A stretch of DNA of 40,816 nucleotides from Octopus bimaculoides (GCF_001194135.2 NC_069001.1:23556919-23597734), one strand, 5' to 3'; positions 11,683 through 23,389 are shown, numbered from the stretch's first letter. The notes: a model not told the origin generated them from the letters alone. Program-made: numbers and translations.

Positions 11683-11840
11683 TGGTAAAATGGCCAGCAA
11701 GTTCAAAGGAGGGTGTAAGATAGTTACATCAACCCCAGTGCTCAACAGTAGTTATTTTATTAACCCCAAAAGGATGAAAGACAAGCTGACCTCAGCAAAA
11801 TTTGAACTCAGAATGTAAAAGACAGTGCATAATATTGCAA
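11683..11840 (-). mobile_element. SINE family B, degenerate, inserted in the Penelope relic
   Basis: aaaaggatgaaagacaagctgacctcagcaaaatttgaactcagaa is the reverse complement of the family B core. Confidence 0.7.
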
Positions 11841-11844
11841 GTAA

Positions 11845-12245
11845 ATTGTCAGTGGTAAGGTGAAATGAATTGAACTTATGTTAGTTAATGATGATTTGGA
11901 TGAATAGACTGGTGTTGCAATAGGAATGGGAAAAAGCAGAGGATCCACTGTGAGCAGAGTGAAAGTTAAAGTATCTAGGTTTCTCAAAATCTCAACTCCT
12001 GTGTTACATGAGAAGTATGTGGATTAATGTATATAGAAGAAACAGGTTGGCTGTTGGCTAATTGATTGAAGGACCTGGAACTTCTACAGGATCATCGCCT
12101 AGAGAGGTAATGTTGGGAGATAATCAGTGAGAAGTCTAGCACCAAGCAGGTGTGAAAAAGTAGTGTCAATGTAACTGTTGTAAGTGCAAACAGCATTGAC
12201 CACTATTTGGGGTCACCTGAATTGTGTGAATTGATGTTGTGACAT
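11845..12245 (-). mobile_element. Penelope-like linker region (middle fragment)
   Basis: Weak ordered motifs QFTQFR*PQIVVNA, MIL*KFQVLQS and CNTSLFIQ, at the expected position between RT and GIY-YIG. Confidence 0.5.
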
Positions 12246-12248
12246 CCA

Positions 12249-12780
12249 AAAATTAGAATACTTTCACCAGCAAATGCTTCATTTGATCTTGAGCATCAAA
12301 TGGGAACAACAACAACGTCCTGGAAAGAGCCAATGGTCAAAGCATCGAATCCCTGATCATGAAACACCCTCTTCAATGATCATGACATGTAGCAGGAATA
12401 GAAGGGTCACGGTCCCCATGCCAAGTCTTATCCAGTGAGCTCACTTCAGGGAAAAGACTATGGGGTTGCCCTCTATGAAGATACAAGGATCAACTCAAAG
12501 CAACACCAATAGCCACTGGAATTGAGCCTAAATAGTTTGAAACAAGACTGAGACCACACCAAAAGGTGGTGTTCTATCACCATTAGAACCAAAAACTTCA
12601 AAACCATCAGAAGAGAAAAGGAAGAAATCAAATGAAAAGACAGGAAGTCTCAACAAGATCAACTTCATCATCCACCTACATTGCCGTACTGAGTCATCAG
12701 CAGCATCACCATAAAGGAAGCATTCAGCAAAGAAGAAACTATATTCTCAAATACGAGATAAATCCATCACTGGTAACAAT
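12249..12780 (+). mobile_element. RTE-clade LINE 3' fragment inserted in the Penelope relic
   Basis: KLEYFHQQMLHLILSIKW, then after a frameshift NVLERANGQSIESLI...SSELTSGKRLWGCPL*RYKDQLK, the canonical RTE C-terminus. Confidence 0.85.
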
Positions 12781-12819
12781 AACACTGTCTTTATGTCTAA
12801 GCAGTAAGGTCATTGCTTG

Positions 12820-13130
12820 AGAAGGAGTGAAAGTGGAGAAACCAGGGATAAGGAATGGCCAGTTTAGATGTGGGTGAGTTGAGGTTGGAGTAGGACTCGT
12901 GTGTTTTCTAGAAGATAAATGTGATGATGGTGAGGTTTGGAAAAATAACAGAAATGAGAGAAACGGTGGATGTGAATTTTAGAGATGAGTGTAAAGAGTA
13001 GTCAATTGAAAGAATTCTCCTTTGTACAGGTGAGAATGGTATCACTAATATAATTATTGAAGGAACAACAGTATAGAACAGAGATGGGCAAAGTGAAGTG
13101 ACAGAGAATTTGAGACTTAACATGACCAAT
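12820..13130 (-). mobile_element. Penelope-like RT C-terminal relic
   Basis: NYISDTI (YIDD-like), SLHSSLKFTSTVSLISVIFPNLTI (cf. SFHP.LKFTSTIS.TSV.FLDL.I) and KLAIPYPWFL (cf. KNAIPYSQFL). Confidence 0.75.
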
Positions 13131-13169
13131 GATCAGGCTAGCATATATAAAGTTCACGTCTCTATTTGT

Positions 13170-13304
13170 GTATGTACATAGAGAGTGTGTATAGATGCAT
13201 ACATACATACATCTATACACACTCATATATATATATATACACACATACATGCCTACATACACTGAATACACATATGTATATGATAATATGTGTGTTTGTA
13301 TGCA

Positions 13305-13344
<40 letters not shown>

Positions 13345-13354
13345 NNNNNNNNNN

Positions 13355-13390
<36 letters not shown>

Positions 13391-13672
13391 TATATTATAC
13401 TATTTATATTATTATATGCATTTATGTATGTATGTATGCATTTATGTATGTATCTACGTATGCATTTATGCGACTATGTATTCTTATATTGCTAGGATTT
13501 GCATCATTGTATGATTGATGTAGTTGATTGATATCATTTATATGATGATAGATAGGCACAAAATCAGTGTATGACTAGATGAAAAAAATATGATCAGAGA
13601 AAATAATACTATGATACAATGGACACAAGCATATGTAAGCAGCTTCACACACATGTTTACAGACACACGTAT

Positions 13673-13706
<34 letters not shown>

Positions 13707-13907
13707 GCATGAATACATACAGACAGACAGATGGACAAACATATGTATGTGTGTGTGTTTGCATGGGAACATTAGAAGAAAAAGATATTGATAAAGATAA
13801 ATTAAGAGATGCATGGAATTGTGCCTACATAAACAAAAGGATAGATCAAATCAAATCTTAGAAACAAGGGCTGCTATCATATATAAATGTGTGTGTGTGT
13901 GTATACA

Positions 13908-13967
<60 letters not shown>

Positions 13968-14079
13968 TACAAACATATACATATTATCATATATATATAT
14001 ATAGATAGATAGATAGATATAGATATTCATATATATAAATATAGATGTAGGTGTGTATGCAGCTGCATACACACACCCC

Positions 14080-14118
<39 letters not shown>

Positions 14119-14120
14119 TA
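13170..14120. repeat. Extended (TA)n/(TG)n/(CA)n/(TATG)n microsatellite field with a 10-N gap
   Basis: Directly visible; accounts for the YI/IY/HT ORFs. Confidence 0.95.
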
Positions 14121-14159
14121 TTTGACAACATTAATCTTTGTATGCATATATTGATTCAG

Positions 14160-14315
14160 GCAAGGCTGTGTAGTTAACAAATTTATTTCCCAACCACATA
14201 TTTTCAGGTTCAGTCTCACTGCTTGCAACTTGGGTGAGTGTCCTCTTCTCTAGACCATGGACAACAAAAGCCATATAAGTGGATATGATTGATGGAAACT
14301 GAAGGATGCTCTCTA
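14160..14315 (+). mobile_element. SINE family A, 5' half, old
   Basis: Degenerate head with ggttcagtctcactg and the gatggaaactgaa motif. Confidence 0.7.
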
Positions 14316-14356
14316 TATACGTATACATATATGTATGTATGTGCATATAAGAAGAA

Positions 14357-14665
14357 ATGTAGCAAAGTAATTAGGGTATTTGGATCAAGATGATAGGGTT
14401 GTGAGTTTGTTAGCCAATGGTGCATTATGTTCTTGAGCAAGACACTTTATTTCACATTGCTCCAGTCCACTCAGTTGGCAAAAATGGGTAGTGCTTGTAT
14501 TTCAAATGACCAGCTTTGTCACACTCTGTGTTATATTGAATCACCCGAGAACTATATTAAGGCTACATGTGTCTGTGTAGTGCTCAGCCACTTGCACATT
14601 AATTTCTCGTGCAGGCTGTTTGGATGTCCTGGAACCCTTGTTATGGAAACTGATAGAGTGCCATG
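14357..14665 (+). mobile_element. SINE family C, near full length
   Basis: ttgagcaagacactttatttcacattgctccagtccactcag and gtctgtgtagtgctcagccacttgcac. Confidence 0.88.
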
Positions 14666-15019
14666 TTGTTTTATAACATGTCTGGTGTCTTAGCGCAATT
14701 GTCAGAGTCTTCCCTTGTGTCTGATGATTGTGCTGGGACACCAGACATTTTATGAAACAATGTTTGACATGTTCTTAGAACATGAGACTAATAGTAGCAC
14801 ATAAAAACATATATTATGTTTATCAAAACATATTTATATATATCCACTTGTATGTATGTATGCATGCATGCATGCATGCATTTGTGTGTGTGGAGTCATC
14901 ATCATCATCATCACCATCATCATACATCTGTTTTCCATGCTGACAAGGGTCAGTCAGATTGATAGGAGCTACACCAGGTTGCATAATCTATGTGTGCATG
15001 TCTTAGTGGTTGTTTATGT

Positions 15020-15210
15020 CTCCCATCACTGCTGGACAAGTGTTGGTTTGTTTACATCTCTGTTAGTGGTTCAGCAAAAGAGATCAATAGAATAAGTACC
15101 AATTTTGAAAAATAAGTCCTGAGTTTGATTTGTTCAACTAAAACCCCCGCTCAATGCAGTGCCCCAGCATGGCTGTAGTCTAGTGGCTGAAAAAGATAAA
15201 AGATAAAATA
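15020..15210 (+). mobile_element. SINE family A, 3' half
   Basis: ggttcagcaaaagagatcaatagaataagtacc...cagcatggc matches the 3' part of 30225-30640. Confidence 0.72.
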
Positions 15211-15468
15211 TAACTGTATATTGTTTGTCTTGTAACTGTGATAGATCTAAAATTTCTGTTTGTTCTACTTGTGTTTGGAAGATTCACTTAAACACATCGA
15301 CTGCATAAGTGGACTTTACAATCTCATCTAGTGCATTAGTTGTTGTTAGGACTATTGCTGTCTTTATAACCACTTACACGACTTATTTTGTGTGTTTGGG
15401 ACATTTTTCCATTAATTATTTACTAAGCTGTTCATTTTCTCCTTTTGTACATTCAGTTACGTGTTCTG

Positions 15469-15516
<48 letters not shown>

Positions 15517-16122
15517 TGTCTGTCTGTCGTGTGGTTTCTTTTTAGCTAATGCTGTGTTTAGTCATGCAGTATAAGTATGTGTGGAAGCAATTTGGTTAAG
15601 AAAATATAATGTGTGCAAATAAAATTTTAAAAGTTAGTAAAATGAAACTTTTTTTTTGTTTTACTTTGGCGTCTACTCTTGTGTATTGAGTACAGACTTT
15701 CCCTTTATAAATATAGTTCTTTTTTTTACTGGTATGCTTATGAAAACCCCATTTGGTAATGTTGAAGTAAATCATGTCTTGAAGTGTGGAGAAAAGTGAC
15801 ATCTCCATACTACAAATGTTAATAATAATAATAATGATAATAATCTATACTATAAATTGCAGTGTTCTTGATTGCTTGATTGATTGATTGATTTATCAAG
15901 TGTGTTATGAACACACATTTGTCTGGAAGAAGAAATTGTTCTCCTGTGAGAAAACACAGCAGGGATTAACATATTCACTTTCAAATCTGCTGAGACATAT
16001 TTATCAAGTTCTAAGTGTAGCACATCTTCTTTAAGTACAATAGCTGTGGTTCCCAGCCAGGGATTCATAGACCCCTGGTGGTCTGCAAAGTTAGTACTGA
16101 GGGTCCATGAACTAAATTCAAA

Positions 16123-16189
<67 letters not shown>

Positions 16190-16198
<9 letters not shown>

Positions 16199-16680
16199 CT
16201 ATTATGCTTAAGTGTTGTAAGCCCAAAACGTTGCTTTTTCAGAAATAACAAAATATTGGGTTGTCCGGAAAGTTCGTGCCGATTTATAGTAGCTTACCTT
16301 TCGACTTATTTGCCATGAAACCACCTCAATTCTGGGAAGAGGGTATTTTCAAGTTAAAGGAAAGATGGAGACGCATTGTGGAACAAAGTGGTTCATATTT
16401 GGTTGTTTAAAAATGTAATGGCAAGTATTTATTGACCTTTTCCTTTCCTTTAAAAATCGGCACGAACTTTCTGGACAACCCAATGGTTTCATCATTCCAT
16501 AGCAAAACTGTTGTACTACACTTTGACAATCTTTGATATCTTGACATCTGAAGCAGCTGGAGATACGATAGTTTAACCAAAAGAAACAGCTATTGCATGC
16601 AAAAATGAATATAAAAAAAAATGCATTTGGCCAAATTCGGACATACGATAGTTTAACATAATAGTAACGATATATATACA
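16190..16680 (+). repeat. Unclassified repeat family E, interrupted by a mariner MITE (partner 28292-28550 on the minus strand)
   Basis: 16190-16253 plus 16484-16680 aligns colinearly to the reverse complement of 28292-28550. Confidence 0.85.
16256..16483 (+). mobile_element. Internally deleted mariner (MITE) with 30-bp TIRs
   Basis: TIR ttgggttgtccggaaagttcgtgccgattt versus aaatcggcacgaactttctggacaacccaa (one mismatch); TA on the left flank, TG on the right; internal FWEEGIFKLKERWRRIVEQSGSY is a mariner C-terminus. Confidence 0.93.
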
Positions 16681-17339
16681 TAATGATAAGCATATTAAAA
16701 GGGGTCCATGGGAAAACTCATTTTAAAAAAAAGGGTTGGGAATGACTGATGGGAACCATTGTTAGGAACCACTGTTAAAAGGTGGGGAACCATTGAACTA
16801 TAACAACATTTTTCAAAATGCGTGCATCAATTCTAGTTTCATCCCTCTTTTCAGTGATCAGATTTTGTTACCTAGCCTGTAACAAACCTTCATTTTTCAC
16901 CCTTGAGGCAAATAAAATTAAATAAACAGTAACGATGATGATGATGATGATTGCTACTGCTGATGTTGTTGTGGTTGTTATTATTTCAGCTGTGAATATG
17001 GAATTCTTTGTTTTGTTTCCGTCTTTATAATCCCTCCCCGCTACCTTTGAAAAGAAAATGCTAAATCTATTCTTCTTATATTAAATACAAAGTTTGACAT
17101 TCATGTAGAAAATTAATTTTGTATATTGACATAATCAGCATTACTTTTTATTCATTTATTTTGGAAAACTGAAAGCAAAATTGACAAAGCGAAGAGGAAA
17201 AATGTCAGGTTCAACATTATTGCCTATTGCTTATTAATTTAATGCTATTCAAGGCAATTTAATCATTCATACACTTAAACACAAATACATGTATACACTT
17301 AGACAAACTAAACATATACGAACACTTATATAAACACTC

Positions 17340-17483
17340 ACAAATACATATATGTACATGTATGTATGTACGCACGTACATATACACACACACGCACACA
17401 CACATATTGTATATATATAGCATTTAGATGTATATATATATATTTACATACGATATATATATGTATATATATATATGTGTGTG

Positions 17484-17525
<42 letters not shown>

Positions 17526-17660
17526 TTGTAAATAAGTGTGCATATACACACACACACATTCACATATATACATACACATACACATATATATACACATGCA
17601 CACTCACACACATACATACATATACATGTATGTATTTACCACAGACACACATATATATGT
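17340..17660. repeat. (CA)n/(TA)n microsatellite field
   Basis: Directly visible. Confidence 0.94.
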
Positions 17661-17822
17661 AGGATGGGCTTATTTGGGTTTCTGTCGACCAAATGCATAC
17701 ACAAGGTTTTGGTTAGCCTGCAGCTGTAGTGGAAGCCACTTGCCTGAGTAGCACACATTGGGACTGAATTTGGGGCCACAGGGCTGGGAAACAAACTTCT
17801 TAACCAAACAACCACCTCTGCA
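17660..17822 (-). mobile_element. SINE family A, 5' half, old
   Basis: Degenerate acaaggttttggttagcc...gggactgaa...cttaacca, the reverse complement of the family A head. Confidence 0.65.
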
Positions 17823-17830
17823 CCTTTACA

Positions 17831-18679
17831 CAGGGTTCAGGGGCTGAACTTTGAAGGTTACATAAAAAGTAAAGGAAACACAATAATCCCTCCCAAAATA
17901 TAAGTATTTTTGAAAAATCAAAAGTTATCAACAAGATTATGGCTGGGAGATAACAGCTTGCTCATAGTAGCCACCCTCATCTTCCACCAATGCCTCGAGA
18001 CAACTCTGGAACTTGGTACATGCATTCCTGACTGTATCACTGGTAAGGTCTTTGACCACCTCCTTGGTCTTAGCCGCCAGCTCAGCCTTGGTATTGCCAG
18101 CAGAGTAGTTGGTATCTTTCTCAACTGTACCCTACACATTGTAATCCATGAGATTACAACCAGGAGATTACAACATGGTAGGAGATTACAACATGGTCGG
18201 AAATTGGGACTGGTGAAATTGTAGAAATTCTCTGACAACCATTTCTGACTTATTCCCAAAGTATGGCATGGGGCTGAATTCTGCTACCACATGTACAGCC
18301 TTCTAGCAGTGACCTTCTCCAACCAGAGTTTGGCAATGAATTCTGGCATGTGAATGTCAAGTGTATCCCTTCTTATTGGCCTTAGCTTCACAGTCACTGT
18401 CGCAGACAACCATGTCATATCTCACAGCTTTTGCCCTGTTCACAGAGCATTGAGCAGCTGTAATCACAACAGCATTTTGATACCTGGTGTGAATCATTAT
18501 GATACAGGTAATTCCTTTCCAATATTCAGACGGTTTCTACTCCTCCATGTTAGCTAAATTTTTATCTACTACATCTTTAATCTTTATGCTTTTCAACATT
18601 GTTGAATTTTTACCAATACACCAAGCTGTTCCTGAAAAAGAAGACATAAGGAATTGTCAAATTTAGCCCAAACACCCTG
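17831..18679 (-). mobile_element. maT/DD37D-type Tc1-mariner element, internally deleted, both TIRs present
   Basis: TIRs cagggttcaggggctgaactt (17831) and tttagcccaaacaccctg (to 18679). Minus strand gives YMW*QNSAPCHTLGISQKWLSENFYNFTSPNF, CNLMDYNV*GTVEKDTN and RNACTKFQSCLEALVEDEGGYYE; the N-terminal codons are joined directly to the catalytic region. Confidence 0.85.
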
Positions 18680-19260
18680 TACATACACACACACACACAC
18701 ACACACACACCATCGTGCATGCACCCACATACATACTTCTACATATGTATATATATTTATGCACATAAATATATTTTTACACAGAAACACACTCTTTTTT
18801 TCACACTTTTCCTTCTCAAAAAATTAATGTAAGCAAAACAACTTATAATATTAAAAACTATTTCTGTTTTAAAAATAAATTTATTACTCTTGCATTAGCA
18901 TTACGTTTGTTTAAGAAAAATCAAAGAGCAGCAATCCTGAAAAACACATAGAATAAAAAGAATCATTCCTTCATGAAAATAAATGCTCACAATATTTGTA
19001 CATCACACACACACACACACACACAAGTAAATACATATATACACACAAATACATAACGTGCATCCACACAAATAAAATATAAAAGAACACATAAACTGAG
19101 ATGCAGAATGTTCTTCAATATTGCAGTCTCTATAATAAATCAGTTGCAGAAATCATAGTTTAAAATATCTTTCTAGCATTTCAATAAACATACATTTTGA
19201 GGGCACATTTCTTGCTTTTTTTTAAAGATTTTTTTTTTCATTGTTATCAAGAATACTATT

Positions 19261-19261
<1 letters not shown>

Positions 19262-19320
<59 letters not shown>

Positions 19321-19476
19321 ACAGGTTTCTTATTTGTCCTCACAGTTGCTGTTACCGCTGCTGTTAGTGCTTCTGCTGTTGTTGTTGTTGTTGTTGTTGT
19401 TGTTCTTCTTCTTCTTCTTCTTCTTCTTCTTCTTCTTCTTCTTCTTCTTCTTCTTCTTCTTCTTCTNNNNNNNNNN

Positions 19477-19575
<99 letters not shown>

Positions 19576-19612
19576 GTTATTGTTATTGCAGTAGTTGTTA
19601 TCATCATCATCA
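19262..19612. repeat. Compound trinucleotide array (ACT)n-(GTT)n-(CTT)n-gap-(ATT)n
   Basis: Directly visible; explains the homopolymer ORFs at 19241-19676. Confidence 0.97.
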
Positions 19613-19858
19613 GTTTTATAATATTTAACAATTGTAATGGGAAAACGATTTTCCCTCTCTTTGAAATGCAATTCATTTAAGCATTACCAAATGTAATTTT
19701 CTTTGGAATAGTTGTAAATAAGGACTATAATTACCTAACAAATCCCTGCCCTCGATATCGAAGGTTGACAACAAAATAAAGACTTGTCTTATAAACTTTT
19801 ACAATTTATATATCTAGATGCATTGCTTTTTCACACCCAACATGTCTACCATACCTAC

Positions 19859-19880
19859 CTATGCCAAAGACTGAATGTTG
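19859..19880 (-). other. Candidate 22-nt micro-exon
   Basis: Minus strand: ttttttttcatttactatag|caacattcagtctttggcatag|gtaggt. Splice-site consensus only, no homology. Confidence 0.2.
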
Positions 19881-20319
19881 CTATAGTAAATGAAAAAAAA
19901 ATACACAATACAAAATCAAATCACACAAATGGAGGTTCAGAAAGGAGAAAATGAGCAGTTTTGTGAACAATAAATAAATTAAAATAAAAAGATTCCAAAC
20001 ATTCAAACAAGTAATTTCAAAGATAGCAGTAATAACAACAATGGTTACTTTTGCAAAGAGTGAAACACTGTAATCCATTTGTACATTAGTTTTTGCAAAG
20101 TGAAACTTCATTCAAAACAAATTTCCCAAGAAGAAATCTCAGCCAAAAGGAGATAAATGCTAAAATCGTTTGTCCTGTATTTTTACAAAAATGAAGACTC
20201 AATCAAAACATGGATTGATATTGTCAGATAACAGTCCACTTTACACATTAGTATATGGGTCAAAGAAATATCACAATGAAATGATGTGGACCTGTGGAGT
20301 CATTATCATCATCATTTGC

Positions 20320-20520
20320 AGTCATCATCATCATCATCATCATTTGATGTTCGTTTTCCATGCTGGCATAGGTTGGACGGCTTGACAGGAACTGGCAAGG
20401 TCAGGGGCTGCACCAGGTTCCATAGTCTGTTTTGGCTTGATTTCTATAGCTAGATGCCCTTCCTAATGCCAACCACGTTACAACGTGCATTGGGTGCTTT
20501 TTATGTGGAACCATCACCAG
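20320..20520 (-). mobile_element. RTE LINE 3'UTR/tail fragment with (GAT)n tail
   Basis: Reverse complement of the ggaagggcatc(c/t)agct module and (gat)n tail seen at 37145-37440 and 37622-37950. Confidence 0.78.
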
Positions 20521-20530
20521 TGCTTTTTAC

Positions 20531-21060
20531 AAGGCGAACAAAAGTGTGGAGTGGAGTAAAAGCATTTGAAGAGGCCAGGATAACACAAGTAAGTCTCAAA
20601 AGAGATCTAAGGAAGAATGTAACGATCAAGAAGGTGAACGACAATGACCTTTTTGTGTGCACAGCCTATGACAGATCATGCCTGTCTTTGGATGGCCTCA
20701 AATCTCATCTGTGAATGCATGGAAAACAAACCTCCACCAACTATTCTGGCTATATGTCTGTGCACACCTTTGAATGCAGTGTATGCTAGAAGGTTTGCAA
20801 CTCCAAGGGAGGCCTCAAAAGACATGTGAAGATCCACAAAGAGCAGAACTTATCTGCAGGTATTGGTGGTCCAAATCAGAGGTGCAATCGATGTGGCTGT
20901 CTTTTCAGAACATTGTCTGGTTTAAAAAGCCACATCAGATGCCATGATGGTGCTAAGCTGCAGGTACAGGAGGTGGTCAAACTCAGTATAAGGTGTAGAC
21001 AACCACCATGTATTTATGTATGTATGCATGTATGTACATACATGCATATATATGTATATA
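20531..21060 (+). mobile_element. RTE-like LINE 3' end encoding three degenerate C2H2 zinc fingers, with (TATG)n tail
   Basis: One frame with two stops: VWSGVKAFEEARITQVSLKRDLRK (RTE C-terminal motif), then FVCTAYDRSCLSLDGLKSHL*MH, FECSVC*KVCNSKGGLKRHVKIH and RCNRCGCLFRTLSGLKSHIRCH. Confidence 0.75.
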
Positions 21061-21459
21061 TATNNNNNNNNNNNNNNNNNNNNNNNNNNNNNNNNNNNNN
21101 NNNNNNNNNNNNNNNNNTGTGTGTGTGTGTGTGTGTGTGTGTCTATATATATATATGTTCATATATTTGTTTGTTAAAGTTCATTTATTTCTTTTTAATG
21201 CTAATAGAATTAACTTGAAAAATATTTTTATCACAGTGGTCTAGGGTATGTTTGTAGTTCTATTTTTCTCGAGAGCTTTTGTCTATCGTTTTTGGAAATC
21301 TTAATAAAACTTTGCTGCTTTTTAGACATTGAGTACCATGTAGAATAAAGCAACTATTTTCAATTCCTACTTATCTTTGTTTTCAATTGTTTCCAAGGCT
21401 GCAAAAGGAGTTCATGAGATTTGTGTCATGTGCAGGGAAAGAACTGCGCAGATATGGTG

Positions 21460-22400
21460 TTTACACTTCAAACTCTCCATGTTCCAGCCAGCCTACTCAC
21501 TTCCATGTAAATTGATTGAACTACTTCATCCTCAAAAATCTGTGCCAATCCTCTAGGAAATACACTCAGCAAATGAGATGCTCTCATGATACTGTTGTCT
21601 ATTACCTTCATTTGATGGGTAAGGTCCAAAACTCTTGGTGCATGAGTGCTATATGCTCTGAATGAAAGAGACAAACTCCAGCACTCCTCTTTTACAGCCA
21701 GTTTGTCTGTTTGCCACCAGAACACTCATGGATGCAAACAGAGATCTCTTTACCACATTGTCGCCAGTGATGAAAAATGGTGTCTTCACAATCAATATAG
21801 AGCAGGGCAAAGAATGCTTTTTAATCTCAAAAATCAAGTGTCACCTTGAGGTAAGTCAGAGATCCATCCATGCAAGACAAGGATTTGTGTTTGATGAGCT
21901 TAGAAAGGGTTAATCCACTACAAAATGTTTGAAAACAACCATGTGGTCAATGCTCTAGCTGAGTGAGGCAATCCTTCTGAAATGATTCAACCAGCAACAT
22001 GGCATGCTTCTTCATCATGAAAACACACACCTCCATACTGCTAATTGCACCACAAGTCTTCTTCAAAAGCTTGATTGGCAAGTTCTACTGCCCCCACCAT
22101 ATTCTTCTAATGAAACACCTTGAGATTATTACCTTTTTTGCTCACTTTCCAACTGTCTGTATGAAATTTCATGCAACAATGCCATAGAGCTAAAAACGTG
22201 GCTCGATGAATTCTTTGAGTTGAGACCTGGTGATTTCTAGCATCAAGGCATTGACAAGCCAGTAGAATGTTATCAAAAAAATCATTAATATTGAAGGATA
22301 TTATATATGGCTGATTTGTTAAAATTATTGATGAAAAATAAAGATTAAAATAAATGGGGGAGAAAAAATGAATGAATTATATAGCTACTACAAATAAAGC
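21460..22400 (+). mobile_element. Mariner (DD34D) transposase pseudogene
   Basis: VLYALNERDK (WVPH.L-like), HIVASDEKW (TGDEKW), LLHHENTHLH (HDNARPH), PPPYSSNETP*DYYLF (YSPDLAPSDYHLF) and WLDEFFE...QGIDK. Confidence 0.9.
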
Positions 22401-22605
22401 AAACTCTGAGAAGACAGAAAAACTGACAGTATTTATATAGGCATTAGCAAAAATATCTCTCAGCTACATAACAAAATGGTGATATCCTTCAAAGTGATGA
22501 AGTAAAGTGTAGTATTGTCGCACTAAGTCGGTTCTGGAATACTTTCTGTGTATTCAATTGCATTAAAAATGATTCAATGAAGAAATGTTAAGAAGTGATT
22601 ACAAA

Positions 22606-22890
22606 TGCATGTGGCTTAGTGCTTAGGGTATTCGACTCGCATTTGTAAGGTTGTGAGTTCAATTCCCAGTGGCGCATTCTATCCTTGAGCAAGACACTTT
22701 ATTTCACATTGCTCCAATCCACTCAGCTGGCAAAAGTGAGTTGTATCTGTAACTCAATGGGTCAGTCTCATCACATTTTGTATCTTGCTGAATATCCCTA
22801 AGAACTACGTTAAGGGTACGTGTGTCTGTGGAGTGCTCAGCCACTTGCATGTTGATTTCATGAGTAAGCTGTTCCATTGATTAGAACATT
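22606..22890 (+). mobile_element. SINE family C
   Basis: A-box tggcttagtg, B-box gagttcaattcc and core ttgagcaagacactttatttcacattgctcc. Confidence 0.9.
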
Positions 22891-23389
22891 TCCATAAATT
22901 GATGAAGTACCAATTAAGTTAAAGTTTGTCCTTGCCTTCGAAACATGGAGTAGATGGAACAGGGACAACTGACGAAGGGGTATACTCTTTATGTTGCACA
23001 TCTCTTTTCTCTGTTTGTTTTTTTCGTTGTTCGAAAAAAGTTTGTTTTCTGTTTTCATTTTTATGTTTTCATTTCTCATTGTGTTTAACGTTTTTTTTGA
23101 TGTCCTGTACCTATATATGCATGTATGTATACATACAGATGTAGGTATGTACATANNNNNNNNNNATATATATATATATATATAGTTTGCATGAAGTATT
23201 GTTTTAAATTATTTGTTTAGTAAAGGCAAAACCAAGTATGTTATAAGAAATCTAACAAGTTGATGGTTTGTTATTTTACCTTTTATTTCTATATTTTGGG
23301 TTAAGGATGTTTCTTCAAGAAATCATAGAAGGAGAGTTGTGAGCTGACTTCTCTGATCTATTGCGAATTTGTATGAAGGGTTGTTTTGA

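Larger units (their letters stand above)
16044..16795. mobile_element. hAT-type MITE (CAGTGGTTCCCAACC-like termini) enclosing nested repeats
   Basis: Left end ctgtggttcccagcc at 16044; right-end motif gg(t)gggaacca(c/t)tg repeated four times in 16734-16795; internal ggggtccatg subterminal motifs. Confidence 0.6.

Noticed and set aside
15940-16035. Minus-strand donor/acceptor pair around EDVLHLELDKYVSADLK
   Set aside because: The implied intron is only 35 nt and the downstream donor is weak.
16734-16795. CRISPR-like short repeats
   Set aside because: The units are degenerate with almost no spacers, the context is eukaryotic and there are no cas genes; they are transposon termini.
17918-18259. 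113-aa ORF suggesting an unknown protein
   Set aside because: It is largely an alternative frame of the maT transposase relic.
22925-22995. Hammerhead ribozyme-like words (cttcGAAAc...ggacaaCTGACGAagg)
   Set aside because: The order would fit a type II hammerhead, but stems I-III cannot be paired around the core (10.1-11.1 mismatch, no valid UH with flanking helices). An Infernal search would be needed to overturn this.
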